Source: Candidatus Eiseniibacteriota bacterium | GTDB taxonomy: Bacteria; Eisenbacteria; RBG-16-71-46; JABDJR01 | Reading direction: 5' to 3' | DNA length: 64,000 nucleotides | Assembly (NCBI GenBank): GCA_963783375.1 | Contig: CAWANH010000028.1 | Location: 384,001 to 448,000, forward strand | Shown here: in pieces, positions 1 through 12,423 of the stretch | How the letters are laid out: every line of letters starts with the position of its first letter | How positions within the stretch are numbered: the first letter of the stretch is position 1 | Notes under the pieces: generated by a model | What the model was told of the DNA's origin: nothing | What the model saw: the letters and a program-made list of their open reading frames with translations, nothing else | Databases searched by the model: none | Position numbers and translations under genes: made by a program

Positions 1-38
1 TCCCCCGCCGCCCGCCGTGATTTGCGACAATGCGAACC

Positions 39-2099
<2,061 letters not shown>

Positions 2100-2215
2100 C
2101 CGGCCACCGCCCCGCCGAGGCAATGAGACGGCCGGCCCGCGTGACGGACCGGCCGATTTGAATCCTCCGCCGCCTTCAAGGCTACGCGGCGGCGCAACGA
2201 ATCCCGGGATGATCC

Positions 2216-3163
2216 TCAGTCCGGAACGATCCAGGTCCCGGTCTTGCCCTCCAACGCCTTCACGATCGTCTCGGGCTTGGTGACCAGGCCCTTCCCCTTG
2301 GGGTTGGCCTCGAGGAACGCGATCAGGGCCTCGATCTTCGGCCCCATGCTCCCGGCCAGGAAGTGCCCTTCGGCCTGGAGCTTCCTGGCCTCGCTGAGGG
2401 TCATCCGGTCGAGCCACTTCTGATCCGGCTTGTTGAAGTTCACCGCCACCTTCTCCACCGCGGTGGAGATGAGGAACAGGTCGGCCTTGAGGTCGGCGGC
2501 CAGGAGGCTCGAGGCGCGGTCCTTGTCGATCACCGCGTAGACCCCCTTGAGGATTCCCTTTTCGTCCTCGACCACCGGAACCCCGCCCCCGCCGACCGCG
2601 ACCACGATGAACCCGTCGTCGATCAGGCGCTGGATCGCATCGCCTTCCACGATCTTCCGCGGAATGGGCGAGGCGATCATGCGCCGCCAGCCTCGGCCGG
2701 CGTCCTCGGTGACCGACCACCCCTGCTTCACGAAGACCTCGGCGTTCTCCTTGGTGGTGAACCCGCCGATCCCCTTGGTGGGGTTCTTGAAGCCGGGATC
2801 GTCCCGGTCAACCAGGACCTGGGTGACCAGCGAGACGACCTGGCGATGGATCCCCCGCTCCTTGAACTCGTTCAACAGCGCCTGGGAGATCATGTAGCCG
2901 ATCGCCCCCTGGGTATCGGCGCTGATCACGTCGAGCGGGGTCGAGTGGACCTCGGGATAGGCGAGCTCGTTCCGCCGCAGAATGAAACCCACCTGGGGAC
3001 CGTTCCCGTGGGTGACCACCACGTTCCAGCCTTGCTCGATCATGGCCGCGATGTGGTTGCAGGTCTCCACCACCGCGTGAACCTGGGACCCCACGTCCTC
3101 GTGCTGCTTGTCGTGAATCAGGGAATTGCCGCCGACGGCCACGACGGCCAGTTTGTCGCTCAT
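2216..3163 (-). CDS. arcC: Carbamate kinase
   Basis: VAVGGNSL, THGNGPQVG, NPTKGIG, GGGGVPV, AVIDKD, GSMGPKIEA motifs. Confidence 0.95.
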   Translation of the reverse strand: MSDKLAVVAVGGNSLIHDKQHEDVGSQVHAVVETCNHIAAMIEQGWNVVVTHGNGPQVGFILRRNELAYPEVHSTPLDVISADTQGAIGYMISQALLNEFKERGIHRQVVSLVTQVLVDRDDPGFKNPTKGIGGFTTKENAEVFVKQGWSVTEDAGRGWRRMIASPIPRKIVEGDAIQRLIDDGFIVVAVGGGGVPVVEDEKGILKGVYAVIDKDRASSLLAADLKADLFLISTAVEKVAVNFNKPDQKWLDRMTLSEARKLQAEGHFLAGSMGPKIEALIAFLEANPKGKGLVTKPETIVKALEGKTGTWIVPD

Positions 3164-3232
3164 ATAACCGCTCCTTCCACCCGGAGCCGGGACCGAAGCG
3201 GAGGCGCCCGCGCGCCCCCGCCGGCCGCGGTC

Positions 3233-4210
3233 CTACATCGTCAACGCCATGACCGCCTTCTGAGCGTGCATCCGGTTCTCGGCCTCGTCGTAGACCACCG
3301 AGTGCGGTCCGTCCATCACCCCGTCGGTGACCTCGACGTTCCGGTCGGCGGGAAGCGGGTGCATGTAGATCGCATCCGGCTTGGCCAGGGCCATCCGCCG
3401 CTCGTCGGTGATCCAGCTCGAGTACTTCTTGATGATCTTCGCGCCTTCGTCGGCGTCCGGGGTATGCACCATGGCGCCCCAGGACTTCGCATAGACGATG
3501 TCCGCGTCCTTGAACGCGGCGTCCATGTCGTCCACCACCTCGAAACCGGCGCCGAACTTGCGCGCCTGCTCCCGGGCCTGTTCCATGATCCCGGGCATGA
3601 GCTTGAACTCCGGCGGGTGGGCCAGAACCACGTCCATGCCGAAGCGGGGCATCTGGAGGATCAGGGACTGGGGGACCGACATCGGCTTCTGATAGGACGA
3701 GGCGTAGGCCCACGACACCACCATCTTCTTCCGGCGGAGGTCCCGGCCCTTCTTCTCGACGATGGTCATGAGATCGGCCAGGCACTGGAAGGGATGGTAG
3801 ATGTCGCACTGCATGTTGAGCACCGGCACCCGGGAGTGCTCGGCCACCGCGTTCAGGTAGCCGTTCCCCGCCCCCCAGTCCACCTGGCGAATGGCGATCC
3901 CGTCGTAGTAGCGGCCGAATATCTGGCCGATCTCCTTGGGGGTGTCGCCGTGGGCGATCTGGGTGCTCTTGCTCTCGATGAACGCGGCGTGGCCGCCGAG
4001 CTGGGCCATCCCCGCCTCGAAGGAGCCGCGGGTGCGGGTGCTGGAGAAGAAGAAGAGCATGGCCAGGACCTTGTCGCGCAGGTAGGGATGAGCCTCCCCC
4101 AGGGCGCGCTTCCGCTTCAGGTCGAAGGCCACGTCGAGAACGGTCTCGACCTCTTCCTTCGTGAAATCGAGGTCGCCGATCAGGTCGCGACCATGGAGCC
4201 AGGTCTGCAT
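3233..4210 (-). CDS. Ornithine-carbamoyltransferase-family enzyme, YgeW-like
   Basis: SSTRTRGSF carbamoyl-phosphate motif, HPFQ, HPLP; the segment WAYASSYQKPMSVPQ resembles YgeW. Confidence 0.85.
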   Translation of the reverse strand: MQTWLHGRDLIGDLDFTKEEVETVLDVAFDLKRKRALGEAHPYLRDKVLAMLFFFSSTRTRGSFEAGMAQLGGHAAFIESKSTQIAHGDTPKEIGQIFGRYYDGIAIRQVDWGAGNGYLNAVAEHSRVPVLNMQCDIYHPFQCLADLMTIVEKKGRDLRRKKMVVSWAYASSYQKPMSVPQSLILQMPRFGMDVVLAHPPEFKLMPGIMEQAREQARKFGAGFEVVDDMDAAFKDADIVYAKSWGAMVHTPDADEGAKIIKKYSSWITDERRMALAKPDAIYMHPLPADRNVEVTDGVMDGPHSVVYDEAENRMHAQKAVMALTM

Positions 4211-4253
4211 TGGAGCCTCCTCTGCTGTCGTGCTGACGGGAGCGGGCGGGAAG

Positions 4254-5207
4254 TTACTCCATCGCCCCGAGGATGAGGGCGAGGAGCGACATCCGCATCA
4301 CCACGCCGTTGAAAGCCTCCTGCCAGTAGCGCGACCAGCGGGTCATGTCCACGTCGGGCGGGATCTCGTCCATGCGCGGGAGGGAATGGAGGAGGATCGC
4401 GTCGGACTTCGCCTTGGTGGCCAGGAGCTCCCGGGTGATCTTGTAGTTGGCCGGGGTGAGGCCGGCGTCGCCGGTCCGCTCGTCGCGGGCCTTGGTGTAG
4501 TCGGGCTGGACCACCGGCTCGACCAGGATCACGTCGGCGTCGCCGATCGCCTGCTCCACGTGCTCCGCTTCCTTGAAGTTCAGGCTGTACCCTTCGAGCT
4601 CCTCCTTGAACTCGGGGGTGAGGCTCATCTCGGGGGGAGAGACGAAGGTGACGGGGCAGTCGAACTGGGTGAGGGCATGGCCCAGCGAGTGCATGGTGCG
4701 CATGCGCATGTCCCCCACCGCCAGCCACTTGAGCCCGTCGAGCCGGCCCTTCTCCTGGAGAACGGTGTAGAGGTCGGTGAGGACCTGGGTGGGGTGTTCT
4801 CCCCAGCCGTCCCCGCCGTTGATGATCGGGATCGAGGCCCACTTGGCCGCCTCGTGGGGCGCGCCCTGCTGGAAGTGGCGCATCACGATGACGTCGCCGT
4901 AGTACTCCAGCATCTTGACCGTGTCCTTGATCGTCTCCTGGTAGAAGTCGCCGGCCCGGGTCATCTTGGCGTCGGCGAACCCGGTCACATGACCACCCAG
5001 GCGGTGCATGGCCGCCTCGTGGGCCAGCCGGGTGCGGGTGGACGGCTGGTAGAACGCCGTCACCATGGTCTTTTCCTTCAAGATGTCGCTGTTCCGGCGG
5101 CTGCGCGCGATCGGCTCCAGCTCCTTGGCCACATCGAAAACCCGCATGAACTCATTGCGCTCAAAATCCTTGAGCGAAAGAATGTCGCGTCCTGAAAAGC
5201 TCTTCAT
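4254..5207 (-). CDS. Aspartate-carbamoyltransferase-family enzyme (divergent, probably catabolic)
   Basis: FYQPSTRT, INGGDGWGEHPTQ, HSLPR motifs; first gene of the operon with the YgeW-like enzyme and carbamate kinase. Confidence 0.8.
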   Translation of the reverse strand: MKSFSGRDILSLKDFERNEFMRVFDVAKELEPIARSRRNSDILKEKTMVTAFYQPSTRTRLAHEAAMHRLGGHVTGFADAKMTRAGDFYQETIKDTVKMLEYYGDVIVMRHFQQGAPHEAAKWASIPIINGGDGWGEHPTQVLTDLYTVLQEKGRLDGLKWLAVGDMRMRTMHSLGHALTQFDCPVTFVSPPEMSLTPEFKEELEGYSLNFKEAEHVEQAIGDADVILVEPVVQPDYTKARDERTGDAGLTPANYKITRELLATKAKSDAILLHSLPRMDEIPPDVDMTRWSRYWQEAFNGVVMRMSLLALILGAME

Positions 5208-5561
5208 TGCCGTTCTCCTGAGAATTCAGTCCCGCCGCACCGCACGTCACCGCGCAGCCGGTCATCCGGCCCTTCCCGCCCCGAGCGCGGTAATGCGCTC
5301 CGCGAGCCGTCCGGGCCAATCACGAGCCCCATTTGAGCTCAACCTTTCGCAAGCTGCGAATAGCCGACCATCATACCGAATCCCGCGGCCCGGAACCATA
5401 TGGGGAATGCGGACACTTCGGCGCCAATCCCGGCCGACCGCCGTGAGGGGGACTACCGCCTCATTGAAAAATGACTTAACTTGTCGCTATTGTCGCGCCA
5501 CCTCCACCGTCGGCCCGGATCCGGTCGCACCCAGGCGTCCGGTCTCGGGTACCATGGCCGG

Positions 5562-6020
5562 ATGGACGTACAAATCGCGCATCTCAAGGACCACCCCGAG
5601 CACTTTCCCACCGTGGCCCGGTGGATTCACGAGGAGTTCTGGACGGGCCGGGAGGGGCACAGCCCGGAGCGGATGGAGGCGCGGCTACGCACCGCCTCGG
5701 ACCCGGACCGGATCCCCCTCTCGCTCCTGGCCCTGGTGGACGGCGAGCCGGCGGGCACGGTGAACCTGGTGGAGAACGACGACGAGGAGCGGGAGCACCT
5801 CACGCCGTGGCTGGCCGCGCTGCTGGTGATCCCCGAGCGCCGGGGACAGGGGATCGGGTCGCGCCTGGTCCGGGAGCTGGGCGCCCACGCCCGGCGCCTG
5901 GGGGTGGAGCGGATGTACCTGGGGACGGACATCCCGGCGTATTACGAGCGGCTGGGGGCGCGCGTTCACGAGCAGGTGACCGAGGCGTTCTGCGTGATGG
6001 TGATCGAGGTCTCGGGGTGA
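5562..6020 (+). CDS. GNAT family N-acetyltransferase
   Basis: PWLAALLV-PERRGQGIGSRLV acetyl-CoA motif A; ATG at 5562. Confidence 0.9.
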   Translation: MDVQIAHLKDHPEHFPTVARWIHEEFWTGREGHSPERMEARLRTASDPDRIPLSLLALVDGEPAGTVNLVENDDEEREHLTPWLAALLVIPERRGQGIGSRLVRELGAHARRLGVERMYLGTDIPAYYERLGARVHEQVTEAFCVMVIEVSG

Positions 6021-6087
6021 CGCGCGCAGGGGCGCGGGATGCCCGCGGGGCCTGGAACGGCCGGCGCGGCTCCGGCCGCCAGTTTCC

Positions 6088-6945
6088 CTACCGCTCCGCG
6101 GCCAGCTCGGCGAACCGGCCGGACTGAAGCTCCTTCAGGGTCTCGGCGATCTCCTCCCGGGTGTTCATGACGAAGGGGCCGTACCGGGCGACCGGCTCCC
6201 CGATCGGCTGGCCCGACACCAGGAGGAAACTCGCGGGGCCGTCCACCGGGTTCACGGCCACGGCGTCGCCGTCCCCGAAGACCACCAGCCGGAGCGCGTC
6301 GGCCCGGGCCCGGTCGTCGCCGAACTCCGCCGTGCCGTCGTAGAGGTAGGCGAAGGCGGTATGGCCCCGGGGGACGGGATGCACGAAGCGGTTCCCCTCG
6401 GGTACGTGCACGTCGAGGTAGGTCGGCCGGGCGGCGATGTCGGTGACCGCGCCCTTCACCCCGTCCACCTCGCCGGCCACGATCTTCACCCGGGTGCCGT
6501 CGGGAAGGGTGGACTCGGGGATGCCGTTCGCCGGGAACTCCTGGTAGCGGGGTCGCATCATCTTGAGGCCGGAGGGCAGGTTCACCCAGAGCTGGAACCC
6601 GAAGTTCCCCTCCGGGGCCACCTGGGGCATCTCCTCGTGGAGGATCGCCCGCCCGGCGGTCATCCACTGGACGTCGCCCTCCTTGATCACCCCTTCCCGG
6701 CCGGTCGAATCCTTGTGGCGCACCGAGCCGCGGAGCATGTAGGTCACGGTCTCGATCCCGCGATGCGGATGCATGGGGAACCCGGCACGATAGTCGTCGG
6801 GGTTCTCGGAGCCGAAATGATCCAGCAGCAGGAACGGGTCCAGGTAGTCCAGCGCCCGGGAGGCGATGCTCCGGCGAAGGCGCACCCCGGCGCCGTCCTG
6901 GGTGACCTCGGGGGTGATCTGGGTGGCGACCTCTCGCGTCTTCAT
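6088..6945 (-). CDS. Pirin family protein
   Basis: DPFLLLDHF, GFPMHPHRGIETVTY, QWMTAGRAILHEE, GPFVMNT. Confidence 0.95.
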   Translation of the reverse strand: MKTREVATQITPEVTQDGAGVRLRRSIASRALDYLDPFLLLDHFGSENPDDYRAGFPMHPHRGIETVTYMLRGSVRHKDSTGREGVIKEGDVQWMTAGRAILHEEMPQVAPEGNFGFQLWVNLPSGLKMMRPRYQEFPANGIPESTLPDGTRVKIVAGEVDGVKGAVTDIAARPTYLDVHVPEGNRFVHPVPRGHTAFAYLYDGTAEFGDDRARADALRLVVFGDGDAVAVNPVDGPASFLLVSGQPIGEPVARYGPFVMNTREEIAETLKELQSGRFAELAAER

Positions 6946-7177
6946 GGGATGGCTCCTTTCAAACCGAACCGAAATGATCGCATGTCGAGGCGCCGTGGTG
7001 GAGATCGTCTTGAGGGCCGGCTCGGGTTGTACCCGGGTATCTTGGCTTTACGTAATGACTTAATGGTCTTGATTATTGTAACGTACCGCTCGCGGCGAGC
7101 CGGTCGGCCCGGGCCAGGACCGACCCGCCCCGACCACCTTCGATTGACGATGAGCCCCAGAGCCGATCGGCCGGCGG

Positions 7178-9904
7178 CTACTTCATCAGGAGCGCCTTCC
7201 GCACCTGGCTCTGCTCCCCCGCTCGGAGCCGGATCAGGTAGAACCCCGCGGCGGCACGGCCGCCGGTCGCCAGCCGGCCGTCCCATGATGCCTCGTGCGC
7301 CCCCGCCGGTTCCGTCCCCTCCACCAGCATCGCCACGCGGCGCCCCTGCACGTCGAACACGTCCACGCGGACCTGGGTCGCACGCGGCAGGGTGTAGGCG
7401 ATCCGCGTCGCTTCCCGGAACGGGTTCGGGCTGGCCGGCGCCATGGCGAACGCGAACCGAGCCGCCGCCGCCGGGAGCGTCACCGGCCCCAGCCACCTCG
7501 TCCCCCCGCTTCGCGCCCGCTCGGCCAGCCAGTAGTCGGCGGCGGTGGCCGGAGCTTCGGCGTCCACGAACTCGTAGTGGGTGGAACCGGAGACCAGCCC
7601 GTCGTTCAGCTTCACCCGCTCCCCCGCTCCCACCTGGCGGTACACGTCGAACCCGGCGTGGTCCGTCGCCTCGGCCACCGACCACCGGAGCGCCGCGCCT
7701 TCCGGCGCGCGGGTGACGGTGAAGCTCGACAGCCTCACCGGGATGGGCTGCTCCGCGGAGCGGAACCAGTCGATGCTCCGGTTGAACACCTCCTGGGCCT
7801 GGGCGGGCTTCATCCAGTAGAGATCGAAGCCGAACCACTGGACCGCCCCCTGGGAGGGATTCGGGTTCATGTCGTGCCAGCGGATCGCGGTAAGCTTCAG
7901 GTCGTAGTGTGAGTTCAGCGCCTTGGCCCGGTAGACATAGAGCGAGTCGAGTACCCCGGTGAACCCCGGGATGTCCCCGGCTTCGATCGGGTCGAACACC
8001 GCGTCCGCGAACGGGATCGACTGCCGGAAGGGATTCCAGCGGTCGGGATCCTGTTGGAGGCCCGGATAAATGACCGGCTTCCCGGGGAAGGGATCCGCCC
8101 CTACCATGTTGTCGGTCGAACGGGTGCCCAGCCGGTTCCCGGCCAGGGCGTTCTCGATCCGACCCGAGGCCAGCTTCATGAAATCGTAGGCGAAGTCCCC
8201 GGGCGCGGGGGCCAAGGGATAATTGGTGGGCGCGCTGGTCACGCCCCGCATCATGCCGGCGACGGTCTGGCTACCCACCACCCACAACTGTCCTCCGGCG
8301 GCCATGTACGCCTGCAGGTTACGGTTCCGGTACCCGGTCGACTGGTAGAGCGCGCTCAGCCCGTTGTAGCCGAGGTCCGCGTACCAGATGAGGAGCCGGT
8401 AACGTCCCAAGACACTTAGATCCGGGGGCAGCGGCGGGAGATACTGCGAGTCGTTCAACCCGTAACAATCATAGCTCCACACGCTGTCGGAGGGGGTGCC
8501 GCCGAAGCGCCCCGAGTTGTCGAAGAGCTGCTGCCAGAAGGCGTCCACCGTCTGGTCGGTCGGCTCGACGGTCCCGCCCAGACTCTTCAGGTCGTCCACC
8601 CACAGCGTGCTGCGGTCGAAGGGCATGGGGACCACGTGCAGAACCACGGCCAGCCGGCTGATCGAGCCCTGGCTGTCCCGCGCCTCCACGTACAGGGTGT
8701 GGTCGCCCGGGTCGGGGAACCGGATCTCGGGGAGGGCGTTGCGATCGGCCCACGCCGACCAGCCCGTCTCACCGTTCGGATCGGTAAGATCGATACCCCA
8801 ACGATTCTCCGCGCATACTCCGCCGTACGTTTCCGCGCTGCAGAACACCCGGACGTGTAGAGGGGTGGCCTGGGGAACGTCCCGCTCCACCAGGGTGTCG
8901 GACCCGCTTCCCTCGATGAGACCCAGAATCGGGTCGTCCAGGAGAATCGTGGGGCTGGGCGGGACGGCGAGCGCTTTGATCTTGACGACGTTTCTGGCGA
9001 TATCCAGGAACGGCTCGGCGGCGCCGTCGGCGTCCACCGCCCGCACGCCAAGGAGATACTCCCCGCCCGGCTCCAGGCTCAGCTGGACGGGGAAGGCGTC
9101 CGTGCTCTCGTAGATCCACGGCCCGCCCCGCGTGAACAGGAAGCTGATGGGCACCAGATAGAGGGGCGGTGGGGGATACAGCGTGTCGACGCGCAGGAGC
9201 TTGTAGAGGTAGCCCGCGGGGGAATCGGGGGTGTCGGCGTCCGTCCCGGCCGGTACCACCTGCAGGTTGGGCCCGGCGTAGATGTAGCTGGAGCTGGTCT
9301 GGCCGGAGAGGTCGGGGCTCGCGATCACCGACTGCGGGGTATGGTTGAGAGCCTTGAAGCTCGATCCTGTCCCGCCGTAGGCCCCGTTACCGTCCAGCGC
9401 CCGGACGTAGAGCTCGTGCAGGCCGTAGTAGTCGCCCGACGGGGCAGGACAGCACCCCACGACGGCGGAGTCCGGATAAGGAGCGGTGAACACGAAGTTC
9501 CGGCTCGTGTCCGGGGTCTCGATCCAGTCGAAGGTGTAGACGGTGCCGCCGTCGTCCTTGGAGACCCGCAGGGTGTCGCTATCCGGCCCCGGCCCCGGAA
9601 CGACCTGGATCGTGATCCCCGGGTAGTCCTCGGGGTGCAGCACTTCGTCCTCGGTGAACGCGGCGGGCGGATCCAGCGCGTACTCGGACCGGACGATCCC
9701 CACGCCGCCGCCATCGACGCTCCAGATCGCATCGCTTCGATAGGGCACGGAGGTGCCCGCCGCAGGAGCCAGAAGGGTCACGACTGGCTCGGCAAGTACC
9801 CCCGGCACCGATCCCGGTCCGATCAAGCCCAGGATCAGAAGGCACGCGGAGAGAATCAAGCGATCCGGGTTCTTCCAAGAGGAAGTCGAGTCCGTCCTGC
9901 GCAT
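7178..9904 (-). CDS. Large secreted multi-domain protein with PVxLSSF linker and C-terminal FlgD-Ig/T9SS-like sorting domain
   Basis: Hydrophobic signal-like N-terminus after ATG 9904; Ig-like repeats (YVRALD, LYVEARD); C-terminus PNPF...FDVQGRRV...WDGR...AGFYLIRL. Confidence 0.75.
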   Translation of the reverse strand: MRRTDSTSSWKNPDRLILSACLLILGLIGPGSVPGVLAEPVVTLLAPAAGTSVPYRSDAIWSVDGGGVGIVRSEYALDPPAAFTEDEVLHPEDYPGITIQVVPGPGPDSDTLRVSKDDGGTVYTFDWIETPDTSRNFVFTAPYPDSAVVGCCPAPSGDYYGLHELYVRALDGNGAYGGTGSSFKALNHTPQSVIASPDLSGQTSSSYIYAGPNLQVVPAGTDADTPDSPAGYLYKLLRVDTLYPPPPLYLVPISFLFTRGGPWIYESTDAFPVQLSLEPGGEYLLGVRAVDADGAAEPFLDIARNVVKIKALAVPPSPTILLDDPILGLIEGSGSDTLVERDVPQATPLHVRVFCSAETYGGVCAENRWGIDLTDPNGETGWSAWADRNALPEIRFPDPGDHTLYVEARDSQGSISRLAVVLHVVPMPFDRSTLWVDDLKSLGGTVEPTDQTVDAFWQQLFDNSGRFGGTPSDSVWSYDCYGLNDSQYLPPLPPDLSVLGRYRLLIWYADLGYNGLSALYQSTGYRNRNLQAYMAAGGQLWVVGSQTVAGMMRGVTSAPTNYPLAPAPGDFAYDFMKLASGRIENALAGNRLGTRSTDNMVGADPFPGKPVIYPGLQQDPDRWNPFRQSIPFADAVFDPIEAGDIPGFTGVLDSLYVYRAKALNSHYDLKLTAIRWHDMNPNPSQGAVQWFGFDLYWMKPAQAQEVFNRSIDWFRSAEQPIPVRLSSFTVTRAPEGAALRWSVAEATDHAGFDVYRQVGAGERVKLNDGLVSGSTHYEFVDAEAPATAADYWLAERARSGGTRWLGPVTLPAAAARFAFAMAPASPNPFREATRIAYTLPRATQVRVDVFDVQGRRVAMLVEGTEPAGAHEASWDGRLATGGRAAAGFYLIRLRAGEQSQVRKALLMK

Positions 9905-10222
9905 GGCGCCCCCGATTCGTTTCAAACCCTGGATCATTGCGGCCGCGGGGGATCGCGGGGCGCCGGTGGGGGGAATTCCTCGGGCGCCGGGATGCGAATC
10001 CATTCTATAGCACAAGCCCGGACTTGTGATGCGGAAACAGGACACGGCGCGAGCCCGCCTTCCCGCCCCCGGGCAGAAACCGGACACCGGTGCTACACTC
10101 CGCCCCCGAATCGCCGGTCCCGGAACCGGCCCAAGCCCAAGGAGGTTCGTCCGTTGCTCTCCGGCTCCTTCACGCCCGTCGATACCCGACCGCATCGCTC
10201 GGTTTTCCGGCCGGCCGTCGCC

Positions 10223-11356
10223 ATGCTGCTCCTCGCGGCGGCCGGTTTGCTCGGGAACTCCCTGGCTCCGGCGCCGGTTCACGCCCGGCCCCTGAACGAT
10301 CCCCCCGACACCCTGGCCTTCATGCTCGGCGCCGACCTGTCGTATCTGGCCCAGCTCGAGGCCTCGGGGGCGGCGTACACCGAGAAGGGGGAGACCCGCG
10401 ACCCGATTCGTCTCCTGCGCGCGAACGGGATCGACACCATCAGACTTCGCCTCTGGCACACCCCGGCCTCCGGGCACGACGACCTGGCCGAGACCATCCG
10501 GATGGCCCAGCGCGCCCGCGCCGCCGGGCTCCGCATCCTCCTCGACATCCAGTACTCCGATACCTGGGCCGATCCCGGCCACCAGACCAAACCGGCGGCG
10601 TGGAAGAACCTGGATTTCGAGGAACTCCAGAAGAGCGTCCGTTCCTATACCGCCACCGCGGTCGGCGCCCTGCGCATGGCCAACGCCCTGCCGGAGGTAG
10701 TCCAGGTCGGAAACGAGATCACCGGCGGGTTCCTCTGGGACGACGGACGGGTGGACGGCGCCCACGGGGACGACCAACAATGGCGCCGGTTCGCCGCGCT
10801 CCTGAACGCGGCCATCGCCGGGGTGCATGACCCGCTGGACAGGAACGACCACGTACAGGTCATGATCCACATCGACCGTGGCGGAGACCCGGCCGGGGCC
10901 CGGGCCTTTTTCGACCGGCTCCAGGACGAGAAGGTCTCCTTCGACGTGATCGGCCTTTCCTACTACCCCTGGTGGCAGGGATCGATGGACGATCTGTCCC
11001 GGACCATGAACGTCCTTGCCGACCGGTACGGGAAGCCGATCGTGGTGGCCGAGACCGCCTACCCATGGACCCTGTCCTGGTTCGACGACGTGCACAACGT
11101 GGTGGGAGAGCCGGACCAGATTCTTCCCGCCTACGAAGCCACCCCCGAGGGGCAGGCCGCGTTCCTCCGCGACCTCCTGAAGACGGTCGCCGCGGTTCCC
11201 GGGGGCCTCGGCCGGGGGGTCGTCTACTGGTCCCCCGAAGACGTCTCCGTTCCCAACGTCGGCTCGAGCTGGGAGAACCTGACCCTCTTCGACTACAACG
11301 GCGATATCCTCCCCGCGGCCGGCGCGTTCAAGGAGTTCCGCGCGGCGCGGCCCTAG
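10223..11356 (+). CDS. Arabinogalactan endo-beta-1,4-galactanase (GH53)
   Basis: GADLSY, IRLRLW, YSDTWADPGHQ, VQVGNEI, GLSYYPWW, VAETAYP; signal peptide; start uncertain. Confidence 0.9.
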   Translation: MLLLAAAGLLGNSLAPAPVHARPLNDPPDTLAFMLGADLSYLAQLEASGAAYTEKGETRDPIRLLRANGIDTIRLRLWHTPASGHDDLAETIRMAQRARAAGLRILLDIQYSDTWADPGHQTKPAAWKNLDFEELQKSVRSYTATAVGALRMANALPEVVQVGNEITGGFLWDDGRVDGAHGDDQQWRRFAALLNAAIAGVHDPLDRNDHVQVMIHIDRGGDPAGARAFFDRLQDEKVSFDVIGLSYYPWWQGSMDDLSRTMNVLADRYGKPIVVAETAYPWTLSWFDDVHNVVGEPDQILPAYEATPEGQAAFLRDLLKTVAAVPGGLGRGVVYWSPEDVSVPNVGSSWENLTLFDYNGDILPAAGAFKEFRAARP

Positions 11357-11393
11357 ACTCCGCGGCCCACCCGCCCACCACCGAGGAGGCGTC

Positions 11394-11828
11394 ATGGCTC
11401 CCGAAAACGATCCCGTCCTCGACACCGCCCGCCGCTTCGCCGAGGCTCTCGACCGCGAGGATTACGTCGCGGCGGCGGCCCTACTCACCCCCGACACCCG
11501 GTATCGGATCGGCGACGATGAGTTCGTGGGCGCCGAGGCCATCGTCGCCTCGTACCGAGAGAACGGCGAGTGGGCGCTGGCCACCCTGGACGCGGTGAGC
11601 TACGAAAGTCGCGTGGAGGCCGCGGGCCCCGGGCGGGCGGCGATCACCTTCGTGGACCACCTGGAACATGCGTTGCGCCGGCACACCCACACCTGCCGCC
11701 AGGAGATCACGGTGGGCCCGGACGGCCGGATCACCGGGATCGAGCACCACGATCTTCCCGGCGAGCCGGAGCGCCTCGACGCGTTCTTCCGCGAAACCGG
11801 GGTCAAGCGGTCCGGGGACCACCCGTGA
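11394..11828 (+). CDS. NTF2/SnoaL-like fold protein
   Basis: ARRFAEALDREDY...GAEAIVASY pattern; RBS GAGGAGG. Confidence 0.7.
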   Translation: MAPENDPVLDTARRFAEALDREDYVAAAALLTPDTRYRIGDDEFVGAEAIVASYRENGEWALATLDAVSYESRVEAAGPGRAAITFVDHLEHALRRHTHTCRQEITVGPDGRITGIEHHDLPGEPERLDAFFRETGVKRSGDHP

Positions 11829-11886
11829 GCCCCACCGCACTCCCCGAACGGAGCCCGGCAACGCGGTAATCCCCGCGGAGGATCCC

Positions 11887-12342
11887 ATGCCCGATTCCCT
11901 CAGCCAGCTCATCCCCGACATCCAGGCCGCGATCGGCCCGGTGATCCTCATCTCCGGGGTGGGGCTCCTCCTCCTCACCATGACCAACCGGTACGGCCGG
12001 ATCATCGACCGCTGCCGTCACCTCGCGGCGGAGGCGCCCACCGCCCACGGCGCCGGCCGGGCGAAGAAGCTCACCCAGCTCACCATTCTCTCCCGGCGGC
12101 TCCGCATCATGCGATCTTCCATCTTCCTGGCCACGCTCTGCGTGCTCTTCGTGAGCCTCCTCATCATCGTTCTCTTCCTGGCCTCGATGCTGAGGACCCA
12201 GGCGACCTGGCTGGTAGTGTCGTTCTTCGTGGCCGCGCTGATCTGCCTGATCCTCTCCCTGATCGCCTTCATGCGGGACATCCACATCTCCCTGGTGGCG
12301 GTGGAACTGGAGCTGCGGCAGGAGGACGCCGGCCCGGAGTGA
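11887..12342 (+). CDS. DUF2721-family membrane protein
   Basis: AIGPVILISGVGLLLLTMTNRYGRIIDR signature and 3 TM segments. Confidence 0.85.
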   Translation: MPDSLSQLIPDIQAAIGPVILISGVGLLLLTMTNRYGRIIDRCRHLAAEAPTAHGAGRAKKLTQLTILSRRLRIMRSSIFLATLCVLFVSLLIIVLFLASMLRTQATWLVVSFFVAALICLILSLIAFMRDIHISLVAVELELRQEDAGPE

Positions 12343-12423
12343 CTCCGGGCGCCCGCACCGCCCGCCGAGGCCTCGGCGGGCGCGCACCGGGGCCGGGGCC
12401 GCCGCCGGCCGGCCGAGAAGACC

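Noticed and set aside
2363-4276. Long antisense or alternative-frame ORFs (also 16112-17608, 21819-24266, 24109-26820, 42772-45105, 61487-63436 and others)
   Set aside because: Typical high-GC shadow ORFs overlapping clearly identified genes, with Arg/Pro/Gly-rich or mirror composition
5208-5480. Riboswitch (purine/guanidine) in the leader of the carbamoyltransferase operon
   Set aside because: Only short generic hairpins; I could not match any known aptamer consensus
9905-11425. N-terminal ~500 aa of the 1415-aa ORF
   Set aside because: Antisense shadow of the GH53 gene; the real protein starts near 9904 with a signal peptide
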